From NCBI GenBank assembly GCA_963921275.4, contig OZ001293.3, positions 2,080,001-2,144,000 on the forward strand: DNA of 64,000 nucleotides, written 5' to 3'. Every line of letters begins with the position of its first letter. Position 1 is the stretch's first letter. A program made the translations under genes and the position numbers. The notes beneath the pieces are model-generated. The model was not told the origin of the DNA and made no database searches. It saw nothing but the letters and a program-made list of their open reading frames with translations. Of this stretch, positions 20,435 to 30,124 are shown one piece after another. The DNA is from an uncultured Hormoscilla sp. GTDB lineage: Bacteria; Cyanobacteriota; Cyanobacteriia; Cyanobacteriales; Desertifilaceae.

Positions 20435-23400
20435 ATGAGCAGCCACCCCTTTGCTATTTCCCTCAACCCTGATATCCAAGTCACAAGCACCGGAAAACAT
20501 TACACTCTGCACTCGGCAGAGTCAGAGCCAACCGCTTTGCTAAGCTTGGCCACAACACCGGGAATGGATATGGCTCTCGATCGCCTCAAAGCAGGCAGCA
20601 CGACCACCGAATCGCTCGTGCAAACCTTAGCCGAACTTGATGGTCGCGCAGCCGGGGAACAGTTCGCACTGACGCTACAACAACTGGACGAGCAAGGTTG
20701 GTTGAGTTACGCCGTATTGCCCCTGGCAGAGGCGATCCCCATGGTAGAATCCGCCGAGTTGAATCTTCCGGGCACTCCCCACTGGATGGAAACGGGTGTC
20801 ACTCTCTCCCGCTTTGCCTACCAACATCCCTACGAAGGCACAATGGTGTTGGAGTCGCCCCTCTCCAAGTTTCGAGTAAAGCTCCTCGACTGGCGAGCGA
20901 GTGTGCTTCTAGCTCAACTCGCCCAGCCCCAAACTCTCAGGACAATTGCACCACCGCCCTACCTGGGACCGGAAACCGCCTATCAGTTCCTCAACCTGTT
21001 ATGGGCAACGGGGTTTCTGGCGAGCGATCGCGAACCGGCTTCACTTCAACTTTGGGATTTCCATAACCTGCTGTTCCACAGTCGCAGCCGCTTGGGTCGC
21101 CATGACTACCCAGTTATGGACTATGATATGGAACACTGGTCAGATTTCCCGGCAGTGAAGCCACCCACGAGTGACAAAATTGTGCCCCTGTCGCGTCCGA
21201 ACTTGGAGGCATTGAGGTGTAACGATGCCACCCTGACAGAAGCGATTGAAACGCGGAAATCGCTAAAAGGAGAATATGACGACAATAATCCGATCGCGAT
21301 CGAGCAACTGGGAGAACTTCTTTATCGCACTGCCCGTGTCAAGAAATTGCTTTCTCCACAGGAGTGTTTGGGCAAATTTTGGCAGAAAGAAAAGCTGTAT
21401 TTTGAAGAAGCAGGTATAGACTATGGCGAGTTGACCCGTCGCCCTTATCCAAGTGGCGGGGCAATGTATGAATTAGAAATTTATCTGATAGTACGGCTTT
21501 GTCAAGGGTTGACTCAAGGAGTGTATCACTACGACCCACTGAATCACCACTTAGAGCAGATTTTTGAATTTTCACCGGAGGATGATATCTTAGCTACATC
21601 AGGTTATGGGGTATGGCATAAATTTGGTCATCCACCACAGGCTATCTTAGTGATTACGGCACGGTTCGGTCGGCTATTTCGTAAATATCGCTCTATCGCT
21701 TATGCGCTAGTGCTTAGGCACGTTGGGGTATTGCAACAAAATCTTTACCTAGTAGCAACTAATATGGGTCTAGCTCCCTGTGCTGGAGGAACAGCAGATA
21801 GCGATGCTTTTGCTCAAGTGGCTGGTCTAGACTATCTGGAAGAATCGGCTGTCGGAGAGTTCGTACTGGGCTCGTTGCCCAATGTCAAAGCAAGTGGGAT
21901 TGAATCCATTGAGGTGGATGGCTTAGAAGGGTCTGCCGAGGCGAACTTATCAGCGAGTTCAACTGAAATTGATGGGGTTGAACCCGAGTCCCTGGAAGCA
22001 GAAATGTTGGCAAATGAGGTTGAACCCAACGGGTTCGTGGCGGAAAATCAGGGGGCGGAGGCGAGGGAGGTTCTGGGAAATACTTCGACACGAGTTGAGG
22101 AAACTGAGGCTGAGGCAGTTGCGTTGGATGTTTCAGAGGGGCTAACCGAGACTCTAGACGCATCAACTCATATAGCAGATTCGGTTGACTTATCTGGGTC
22201 AGCCCCATCTCCATTCGAACCAATAGCATCAGAGGTTTTGGCTAGCGAAGTGGAATCGGGTGTTGCAGAGGATGAAATCGAACCTGCGGATGCTTCGGCT
22301 GGCGAAGTCGAGAGTTCTGCAACCAAACAAAAGGTGGCACTCCACCCCCACGATCTCGACGATCGCATCCCTGGTCTGGCTGACCTCCACAACCAAACCC
22401 TGGGCGACCCTCAGATTACCATTGTGATTCTAGACGGCGACCCAGACCACACATTGTCCTGTTTTGAAGGAGCCGAAGTTTCTAAGGTTTTTCCCTACTG
22501 GCACGAATCCGCAGAACCGATCGCCCCAGAAGATTATGCAACCTTCCAAGGTATCCGGGACAAGGGACTGAAGGGCAAGGAGAAAGAAGAAGCTCTCGAA
22601 GCTGCTATCCCAGAGACCAAGAACCGCGTCGAACTCAATGACCATGCTTGTCATGTCACCAGCAATATCGTTGGTCAAGAACACAGCCCCGTGTTCGGTT
22701 TAGCTCCTCGCTGCCGGGTGATTAATATGCCCCACGATGCCGTAATCAAGCCAGACAATGGCATCGCTTTGAGTGGCTACAGTGAAATGTTGTCGCCTCT
22801 GAATATAGCCCGTGCTCAAGAGTTGGCGTTGGAGTTGGGCGCAAATATCATTCACTGTGCCTTTTGTCGCCCCACCCAAACCAGCGAAGGGGAAGAGATC
22901 CTCGTCCAAGCCATCAAAAAATGTCAGGACAACAACGTTTTAATTGTCTCGCCCGCAGGAAACAATGCAAACGAATGCTGGTGTCTGCCTGCTGTTCTAC
23001 CGGGAACCCTGGCGGTGGGGGCTGCAAAAGTCGATGGTACGCCTTGCCACTTCAGTAACTGGGGCGGCAACAACACAAAAGAAGGCATCCTTGCTCCGGG
23101 TGAAGATGTTCTAGGGGCGCAACCCTTTACCGAAGAACCCGTGCGCCTAACTGGAACCAGCATGGCGGCTCCGGTGATGACGGGCATTTCCGCCCTACTG
23201 ATGAGCCTGCAAGTACAACAAGGCAAGCCCGTCGATGCAGAAGCCGTCCGCGCTGCCCTACTCAATGCCGCTATTCCCTGCGACCCAGAGGTTGTAGAAG
23301 AACCGGAACGCTGTTTGCGGGGCTTTGTCAATCTTCCTGGCGCAATGAACGTGCTGTTTGGGCAGCCCTCCGTCACTATTTCCTTTGCAGGCGGTCAAGC

Positions 23401-24427
23401 GACCCGCACCGAACGCCCCGGTTATGCTGCGGTTGCTCCAGAAAGCATTCCAGACCCAATGGCACAGAGCGCTACCCCAGCAGTACAACCCGCCACACCA
23501 ACTCAGATGGCGATCGCGCCCTCCACAGAACCAGCCAACCCAGCGACAGTTGAGGCCAGCACCGCCTTTTCCGGTCACGTTTATACTCTGGGTACACTCG
23601 GCTACGACTTCGGGGACGAAGCCCGTCGGGACACCTTCAAGCAACTCATGGCTCCTGCAAATCTTGACGGCATTATGGTGCCACCAGACCCCTACGATGC
23701 TCGCCAGATGGTGGAACACCTCGACCGCAACCCCGACGAGGCTCGCTCTTTGATTTGGACGCTCAACCTGGATGGAGACACCATCTACGCCCTCGATCCC
23801 AAAGGGCCGTTTGCCACGGATGTTTACGAGATATTCCTACAGATGTTGGCAGGGCAACTGGAACCAGAAACCAGTGCGGAATGTATCGAGCGCATCAGCG
23901 TTCCTGCCCGACGGACAACTCGCACTGTGGAACTTTTTTCTGAAGAAGTCGTGCCCGTCGTCAACGTGTGGCATCCTCGGGGGATGTACGGTTGGAATGT
24001 GAATGCGTTAGTCAATGCAGCGTTGGCAACTGTAGAAGATGAAGAAGCTGACGAAGAGGAACTGCGGCAAGGACTCACCGCCTTTTTAAATCGGGTGTAT
24101 CACGACCTGCATAATCTGGGACAAACCTCTCGCGATCGCGCCCTCAACTTTACCGTTACCAATACGTTTCAGGCAGCATCTACTTTTGCCCGGGCGATCG
24201 CCTCGGGGCGGCAACTCGACACCATTGAGGTGAAGAAAAGTCCCTATTGTCGCATCAACAGCGATTGCTGGGACGTGCTATTAACCTTTTTCGACCCCGA
24301 GAACGGGCGGCGATCGCGCCGGGTCTTCCGTTTCACGTTAGACGTAGTAGATACTGTACCGGTAACGGTGGGCAGCATCAAGAGTTGGTCATTGCCTGGT
24401 AAAGGCACCGTCGCAAAAACCATATAA
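20435..24427 (+). CDS. patG: PatG: azoline oxidase, macrocyclising protease and DUF domains, intact
   Basis: WDFHNLLFHSRSRLGRHD and RPYPSGGAMYELE oxidase; ILDGD / HACHV / GTSMAAP triad with helical capping insertion PEDYATFQ...ELND; C-terminal DUF. Confidence 0.95.
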   Translation: MSSHPFAISLNPDIQVTSTGKHYTLHSAESEPTALLSLATTPGMDMALDRLKAGSTTTESLVQTLAELDGRAAGEQFALTLQQLDEQGWLSYAVLPLAEAIPMVESAELNLPGTPHWMETGVTLSRFAYQHPYEGTMVLESPLSKFRVKLLDWRASVLLAQLAQPQTLRTIAPPPYLGPETAYQFLNLLWATGFLASDREPASLQLWDFHNLLFHSRSRLGRHDYPVMDYDMEHWSDFPAVKPPTSDKIVPLSRPNLEALRCNDATLTEAIETRKSLKGEYDDNNPIAIEQLGELLYRTARVKKLLSPQECLGKFWQKEKLYFEEAGIDYGELTRRPYPSGGAMYELEIYLIVRLCQGLTQGVYHYDPLNHHLEQIFEFSPEDDILATSGYGVWHKFGHPPQAILVITARFGRLFRKYRSIAYALVLRHVGVLQQNLYLVATNMGLAPCAGGTADSDAFAQVAGLDYLEESAVGEFVLGSLPNVKASGIESIEVDGLEGSAEANLSASSTEIDGVEPESLEAEMLANEVEPNGFVAENQGAEAREVLGNTSTRVEETEAEAVALDVSEGLTETLDASTHIADSVDLSGSAPSPFEPIASEVLASEVESGVAEDEIEPADASAGEVESSATKQKVALHPHDLDDRIPGLADLHNQTLGDPQITIVILDGDPDHTLSCFEGAEVSKVFPYWHESAEPIAPEDYATFQGIRDKGLKGKEKEEALEAAIPETKNRVELNDHACHVTSNIVGQEHSPVFGLAPRCRVINMPHDAVIKPDNGIALSGYSEMLSPLNIARAQELALELGANIIHCAFCRPTQTSEGEEILVQAIKKCQDNNVLIVSPAGNNANECWCLPAVLPGTLAVGAAKVDGTPCHFSNWGGNNTKEGILAPGEDVLGAQPFTEEPVRLTGTSMAAPVMTGISALLMSLQVQQGKPVDAEAVRAALLNAAIPCDPEVVEEPERCLRGFVNLPGAMNVLFGQPSVTISFAGGQATRTERPGYAAVAPESIPDPMAQSATPAVQPATPTQMAIAPSTEPANPATVEASTAFSGHVYTLGTLGYDFGDEARRDTFKQLMAPANLDGIMVPPDPYDARQMVEHLDRNPDEARSLIWTLNLDGDTIYALDPKGPFATDVYEIFLQMLAGQLEPETSAECIERISVPARRTTRTVELFSEEVVPVVNVWHPRGMYGWNVNALVNAALATVEDEEADEEELRQGLTAFLNRVYHDLHNLGQTSRDRALNFTVTNTFQAASTFARAIASGRQLDTIEVKKSPYCRINSDCWDVLLTFFDPENGRRSRRVFRFTLDVVDTVPVTVGSIKSWSLPGKGTVAKTI

Positions 24428-24533
24428 TCGTCTCAAAGACCGCCGTCTCCGGTTTTTGCGTGCCCATCAAGATGCTTTCGATGTGGAACCAAATTTTATT
24501 CTTTCGCTCGAGGCAGTATTGGGGATAGAAGAG
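24423..24533 (+). pseudogene. 5' fragment of a third patF copy
   Basis: ataatcgtctcaaagaccgccgtctcc...gcccatcaagatgctttcgatgt nearly identical to 19331-19445. Confidence 0.8.
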
Positions 24534-24582
24534 GAGTTAGTGTCTAGAATTTTTCGCCACCTTTACCAATGGTGGTAATGTA

Positions 24583-24736
24583 AGTACATAGGCAAAATTA
24601 TTTTGATATTTTTATCGACCGTCAATTTCCGAGAAGTTAATTTCCTGAAAGCTTTATGGGATGAGGTTTGAGCGCTCTAACTTTCCTGCACGCTCGCCCC
24701 ATCGCATAAATATAAAAATAATTTTGCACAACTACT
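24583..24736. mobile_element. MITE-like element with TA flanks
   Basis: Imperfect terminal IRs AGTACATAGGCAAAATTATTTT / AAAATAATTTTGCACAACTACT, flanked by TA. Confidence 0.6.
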
Positions 24737-24819
24737 TAAATGTAAGATATTTATCCCATTGGGTTAGCAATTAGCAATAGGGCTACGCGCACTTCGTACA
24801 AGCAATCAGCAATTCTCAC

Positions 24820-25575
24820 ATGAATAGTAAAATATTAGAAATTGAGAACCTCACAGTTAGCTTTGATGGTTTTAAGGCCCTGAACCAGCTAAACTTTAGC
24901 ATGGATACGGGGGAACTGCGGGTCATCATTGGTCCTAATGGTGCGGGAAAAACCACCTTTCTAGATGTGATAACTGGGAAGGTGCAACCAACAACAGGAC
25001 AGGTGCTATTTAAGGGCCGGAATACCCGACGCTTATCGGAACATAAAATAGCCCGCCTGGGAATAGGTCGCAAGTTTCAGACGCAGAGAGTTTACCTAAA
25101 TTTGACAGTCCGGGAAAATCTCGACCTCTCCTGTAACCGCAATCAAAATGTTTTTGCTACTCTGTTCAAACCGACATCCGTAGCTGAAGGTCACACTGTC
25201 AAAAACTTGCTGGCCACGATCGGGCTAACAGGGAAAGCGGAAATGAAGGCAGAATTGCTTTCTCACGGGGAAAAGCAACGGTTAGAAATAGGCATGTTAG
25301 TGGCACAGTCACCGGACTTGCTGCTAGTTGACGAACCCGTTGCGGGGTTGACAGATGAGGAAACCGAACAAACGGGGGATCTGCTGTTGAATTTGGCCGA
25401 AAGTCATTCCATTATTGTCATCGAACATGATATGGAATTTGTCCGCCAAATTGCCCGCCAGGTGACCGTGTTACATCAAGGTGCAGTTTTGTGCGAGGGT
25501 AGCATTGAGGAGGTGCAAAATGACCCCCAGGTGATCGAAGTTTATCTGGGACAACCCTACAACCAAGATGAATGA
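24820..25575 (+). CDS. urtD: Urea ABC transporter ATP-binding protein
   Basis: VSFDGFKALN, GPNGAGKTT, GIGRKFQ, LSHGEKQRLEIGM, VIEHDM. Confidence 0.93.
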   Translation: MNSKILEIENLTVSFDGFKALNQLNFSMDTGELRVIIGPNGAGKTTFLDVITGKVQPTTGQVLFKGRNTRRLSEHKIARLGIGRKFQTQRVYLNLTVRENLDLSCNRNQNVFATLFKPTSVAEGHTVKNLLATIGLTGKAEMKAELLSHGEKQRLEIGMLVAQSPDLLLVDEPVAGLTDEETEQTGDLLLNLAESHSIIVIEHDMEFVRQIARQVTVLHQGAVLCEGSIEEVQNDPQVIEVYLGQPYNQDE

Positions 25576-25695
25576 ATCAGCAACTGTAGGTTGGGTTGAT
25601 GTCCCTTACCCAACCGCGCCCAATACTTCTCTGTTAAGACATTTTGAGATTACGATCCGATAGGATCTCATACCTGTCAAGGTAAACAGCAAGCA

Positions 25696-26214
25696 TTACG
25701 GAATAAACAACCGACCGACTCCCAGATAGTCTTGAATATCGAGCAGAATCTCTACAAGTCTTTCTACACAAGAGTCTCGATAATTATATTCCGATACTCG
25801 CGACCGATCGCCAATTGTAATAATGGGTAATGAGGTCGGCGTATTTTCTTCACGCATCACTCGTTCCAACGAGTCTTCACCGCAAAGCAATTGCGGTTGG
25901 CCGTAAGTAAAAGCATCTGATTAGCTTGAGCAAATTGCCACACAACCGGTGTCTCCTGGTCGCTCGATGTTCCTCGGTCGCTCGATATCTCTTGGTCGCT
26001 CGATGTATCCTGGGAGCGCTAAGCGCACTACCCGAGGAACATCGTACTCGCACTACCCAGGAGACACCGTCCGGTCATTACTATCTGCTGGTAGTCCTAT
26101 TTCCCTAAATGTCACTAACTGAATTAAAACGAGATTTAACCACCCTCTAGAAGCAATAGTTCCAGAAAGTAGAATAGCTTCCTGATTCAAATTGTAGTCA
26201 ACCAGAACAATCAT
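25696..26214 (-). pseudogene. DUF5615/PIN-like partner of DUF433, disrupted by a ~120-bp palindromic insertion and a frameshift
   Basis: MIVLVDYNLNQEA...GLPADSNDR[insert]VVWQFAQANQMLLLTANRN.../DSLERVMREENTPTSLPIITIG...YLGVGRLFIP. Confidence 0.7.
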
Positions 26215-26588
26215 TTCTTTTCTGCTTCCCGCTCCATTCTCTGTTTGATAATCTTGAGTCGAGCGGCTTCGTTCCCTGAACTGGGTGGTCTGGCGGTAAT
26301 GCGAGCAAAGTGCTCCCGGTTACGTTCTTCCCAATATTGTCGTGTCTCTTCCCCTTGACGCAATATTTCTTGATACTCGGCTTCTACTGCTATTGTATGG
26401 GTTTCAATATAGTGCATCGCCCCATCGATCTGCTCGGGAGTCAGGTTGAAAGCATCGCGAATGTACTTGCGTGGATACTCGGCTTTGAGATAATACATCA
26501 CATCGTATATGGTGCTCCGAGTGCCCGCGATCGCCAATCCCCGTTCGGTACGAATAATTGTCTCTTGTTCGCTAAGTTCTTTTGTCAT
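26211..26588 (-). CDS. DUF433 family putative antitoxin
   Basis: IIRTERGLAIAGTR.TIYDVM...FNLTPEQI..AM.YI; stop overlaps the partner's ATG. Confidence 0.8.
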   Translation of the reverse strand: MTKELSEQETIIRTERGLAIAGTRSTIYDVMYYLKAEYPRKYIRDAFNLTPEQIDGAMHYIETHTIAVEAEYQEILRQGEETRQYWEERNREHFARITARPPSSGNEAARLKIIKQRMEREAEKK

Positions 26589-26606
26589 CTCCTATCCCCT
26601 GTGGTA

Positions 26607-29004
26607 ATTAAACTAAGCCAGTCCGTCACCGGACCGACTCGTCTTCAAAACCGGACATGAGACTTTCGCCTCATCCGGCTCCTCGGTCACGCCACCCTTG
26701 TCATGGGTACGGCTACTACCATCGCTGGCAGTCTTTTTGTCGTGGCAGTGTTTGTGTAGCAACTGTAGGTTGTCATACCGGTCCTTACCTCCTAGTGAAA
26801 GGGGCATGATATGGTCAACTTCCCATTTGTCACTATCCATAAACGTTAGTCCGCACTGTTGGCATTTTCCCTTTTGCTGCTTGAGTAGCGTTGCTACCCT
26901 TTTACTCAGTTCGAGGCTTTTGCCTAATCTTGTGCTCCAATATGTGAGGTTCCCGTCGTATGGGCTTGCGGTCCCTTTCACTTTTACGTGTCTGATTATC
27001 TCAGTTTCGGAGTGTTTGCGTATCTTCATATCACCCTCTTTTGTCTTGCTTCGGAATCGCCATTTAGCATCCTGGTTTACAGACCAGTATTTATAGGTTA
27101 TCCAGTTACTTGACTTGTTAGGGTGCCTCCTTTTGGCCCATTGCCATAGGATGTTTTATAGGTAGTTGTCCATATCGCTGTAAGTTTCCTTGCTTACCAC
27201 TGTCCTAAAGTAGTTTGACCATCCCCTTATTATCGGGTTTAGCCTGCTTATTAGGGCCGCTTGTGGTGCTGTTATATGGCTAGTTACCATTTCTGATAAC
27301 CGTTCTTTATGCTTCCCTATGGACTTATTACTGGGTTTGATTAGGGTTTTGAATCCTAGGGGTGTTCCGTTTGTTGATTTGCCGGTTCTGTATTTTCCCT
27401 CTTTATATTGCCTTATATTGAATCCTAGGAAGTCGAATCCCGGGTTTTCTCCATTTAGCCTGTGGGCTATCTTTGTCTTTTCGGCCTTCAACTCAAGCCC
27501 TATTCTTCTTAGCCACTCTGCCACCACTGTTTGCGCTCTGTCTATCATCTCCCTGTCTTCATGCATGATCACAAAGTCGTCTGCGTATCTGACTACCGTC
27601 AGCTTTTGCTTTTCCCTTTGTGTCTTTGCTAATTCCATTACTGCTTCCTCTAACCCCTGTAGGGCTATATTGGCTAGCAGTGGGGATATGACACCCCCTT
27701 GTGGCGTTCCTGCCTCAGTTGTGTGCCATATCTTCTTGTCAATCACCCCGGCTTTTAACCATGCCCGTACTTGTTTACGGATTGGTGACGTAGTATTTAA
27801 TTTTTCGACTAGCGCTTTGTGGTCTATCCTGTCGAAACATTTCGCAATATCTGCATCTAATACCCATTTGGGTTTCTGTTTAATGCTGCTGAATATTGCC
27901 GCAATTGCATCGTGGCATCCCCGACCCGGTCTGAATCCGTATGAGTTCCCCTCCATATATGCTTCCCATTCGGGTTCGAGCGCAATCTTGAGGAGCCCTT
28001 GATTCGCGCGGTCGTGCATCGTGGGTATTCCTAAAGGACGTTTTTCTTCTCTCCCTGGCTTAGGAATCCATACACGACGTGTAGGCTTAGCCTTGTTTGA
28101 GATTTCAATCTGTCCTACCAGTTCTCGGCGTTGCTTTGGGGTTAGTGATTTCACACCATCCACACCGGCTGTCTTCTTTCCCTGGTTATCTTGTGTAACC
28201 CGTCGTACCGCTAGACATTTGGCAGCCCGGGAGCTTACCAGTAACCTTTGGAGCCTGCGAACTTTTTGCTTATTGCCTTCTTGTGCCGCTCTGTAAATTC
28301 GTTTTTGCAACTTAAAGACTACCCGTTCCAGCCGAGGCCAGGGGATATCCTTCCATTCATTCATCGATTTTGACATCGTGCTCATGACGTATGTATTGCT
28401 ACTTACAACTTTACAATTGACGTTACCGTGAGGGCGTCAGCATATCCCATCCATTACAGAAAGGCGTTAGCTTCTCCGCGAAATCTTTCCCAGATATAAC
28501 CTGCCGAATGTAAGCAGATGTTGCGCCTTTGGTGGCTGCTCAACCTATCGACCGGTGGTTGAGAGTATGTACCTGGTTTACTTCGTTCCTCTAGATGATT
28601 GGTCGTAGTTTTAGGTGGATTCCTTATGCCGGGTTTATTGTCGGTGCTTATTGGTCGGAAAAGGAACCGCCAATGACCATTATCCTTTCCCTTTTGGGCC
28701 AGCGTGTTTAGCCTTATTACGCTGGTTTGTCGTAACGACACTGTAAATCTTTGCTTTCGCTCACCGTAACTACTTGCACGCTGCGCGAAAAATCGGCGAT
28801 GACCGGTTTAGGCTACCAGCCAGGGCGCCTTTCGTACCCGCTTCACGGATTGATGCCATCGCTACCGTGGGGTAAGTGCTGTCACTCCTGCACCTGGAGG
28901 GGTGGGCTTTCACCACCATCATCTAAAAGTTATCAAGGCTAATGGAGCCTTGCCAGTGGTCCCCCTTCGGTTATCACCGGTGGTTTACACTGAACGAGTC
29001 GCAC
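26607..29004 (-). mobile_element. Group II intron (chloroplast-like class) encoding RT-maturase-HNH
   Basis: Starts GTGCGACTCGTT; domain V GAGCCGGATGAGGCGAAAGTCTCATGTCCGGTT; ends TTTAAT. Confidence 0.9.
26613..28385 (-). pseudogene. ltrA: Group II intron-encoded protein (RT/X/HNH) with one in-frame TAA at 27156-27158
   Basis: RPLGIPT, GFRPGR, DADIAKCFD, GTPQGGVISPLLANI, RYADDF; DNYL*NILWQWAKRRHPNKS continues in frame to CQQC...VDHI...NLQLLHKHCH. Confidence 0.9.
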
Positions 29005-29395
29005 TGGAATCTCCGATATTTCACTTCCCTTATCATTATAAAAGGTTAAAGGATAAATGGCATTCTCAGGCAGAGCCAGGGAACCATGAAGATCGCGATC
29101 GCCGCTCTGGTCCGAACTACACTGACGATGGTAACGGCATGGAGATTGCTAGCCCTCCTGGCGTCGGGCCGCTGCGCTAACGGGGGGAGTTACTCCTACT
29201 ATACAATGATATCTCAATTATCCGCCCCCCGAGCAATGACATTGTTTATGGTAACGGCGGCTCAGATGTAACGCTATTAGATAGCACGGGCATTACTTCT
29301 TCTGCCAATTCTGCAACACTTCCTTCCCGGTAGGACGCGATCGCTACTATCCCAGTCGCAAACCCCCCTTAGGCATTATAGAAGCTTACACCCGC

Positions 29396-29760
29396 TTGCT
29401 GCTGCCCTACAAGCCCCCGCTGGAAATGGCCGCAGTTAATGCCGAAAAGGGCGAGCGGGTGGGTTTCAATTTAGAAGCAATTGCTAAAATCCAGGAAATT
29501 ACAACTGTTGCTGGGGCGAAATTCCTCCTAGTCATGACCCCTCTCCTGCGGGAAGTTGGCGCACCCGAACCCCGCAATTATGAAATTAAAGCCCGATCGC
29601 GACTATTGGAACTTACTTCATCGCAGGGAATAGAATACATTGACTTTTTGCCGATTTTCAAGGATGCCGAAAACCTGAATCATTGTATCGCGATCATATT
29701 CATCTAAGTCCCGCAGGTAACCAGATGGTGAGTCAAACTATATGCTATGCTATTCGTAGG
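29396..29760 (+). pseudogene. C-terminal fragment of an SGNH/GDSL hydrolase
   Basis: ...IEYIDFLPIF then, frameshifted, LYRDHIHLSPAGNQMV (DxxH motif); N-terminus missing. Confidence 0.55.
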
Positions 29761-29792
29761 TTTGGTTGATGTTAGGAAACCAAACCAGCGAT

Positions 29793-30116
29793 AAACCAAG
29801 GACAAACCTGTTGGGTTTCTGGACGAAACCCAACGCAAGCGCTCTTACTACAAACCAAGGACAAACCTGTTGGGTTTCTGGACGAAACCCAACGCAAGCG
29901 CTAAAGCGCTTACTACAAACCAAGGACAAACCTGTTGGGTTTCTGGACGAAACCCAATGCAAGCGCTAAAGCGCTTACTGCAAACCAAGGACAAACCTGT
30001 TGAGTTTCTGGACGAAACCCAACGCAAGGGCTAAAGCGCTTACTACAAACCAAGGACAAACCTGTTGAGTTTCTGGACGAAACCCAACGCAAGGGCTAAA
30101 GCGCTTACTACAAACC
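29793..30116. repeat. Five tandem ~65-bp units built from REP-like palindromes
   Basis: aaaccaaggacaaacctgttgggtttctggacgaaacccaacgcaagcgctaaagcgcttactac repeated with few variants. Confidence 0.9.
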
Positions 30117-30124
30117 TATGGAAT

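Noticed and set aside
27156..28385. RT as a retron, DGR or CRISPR-associated RT
   Set aside because: It has group II intron domains, X and HNH regions, and flanking intron RNA ends
29793..30116. Possible CRISPR array
   Set aside because: Whole units are near-identical with no unique spacers, and no cas genes are present
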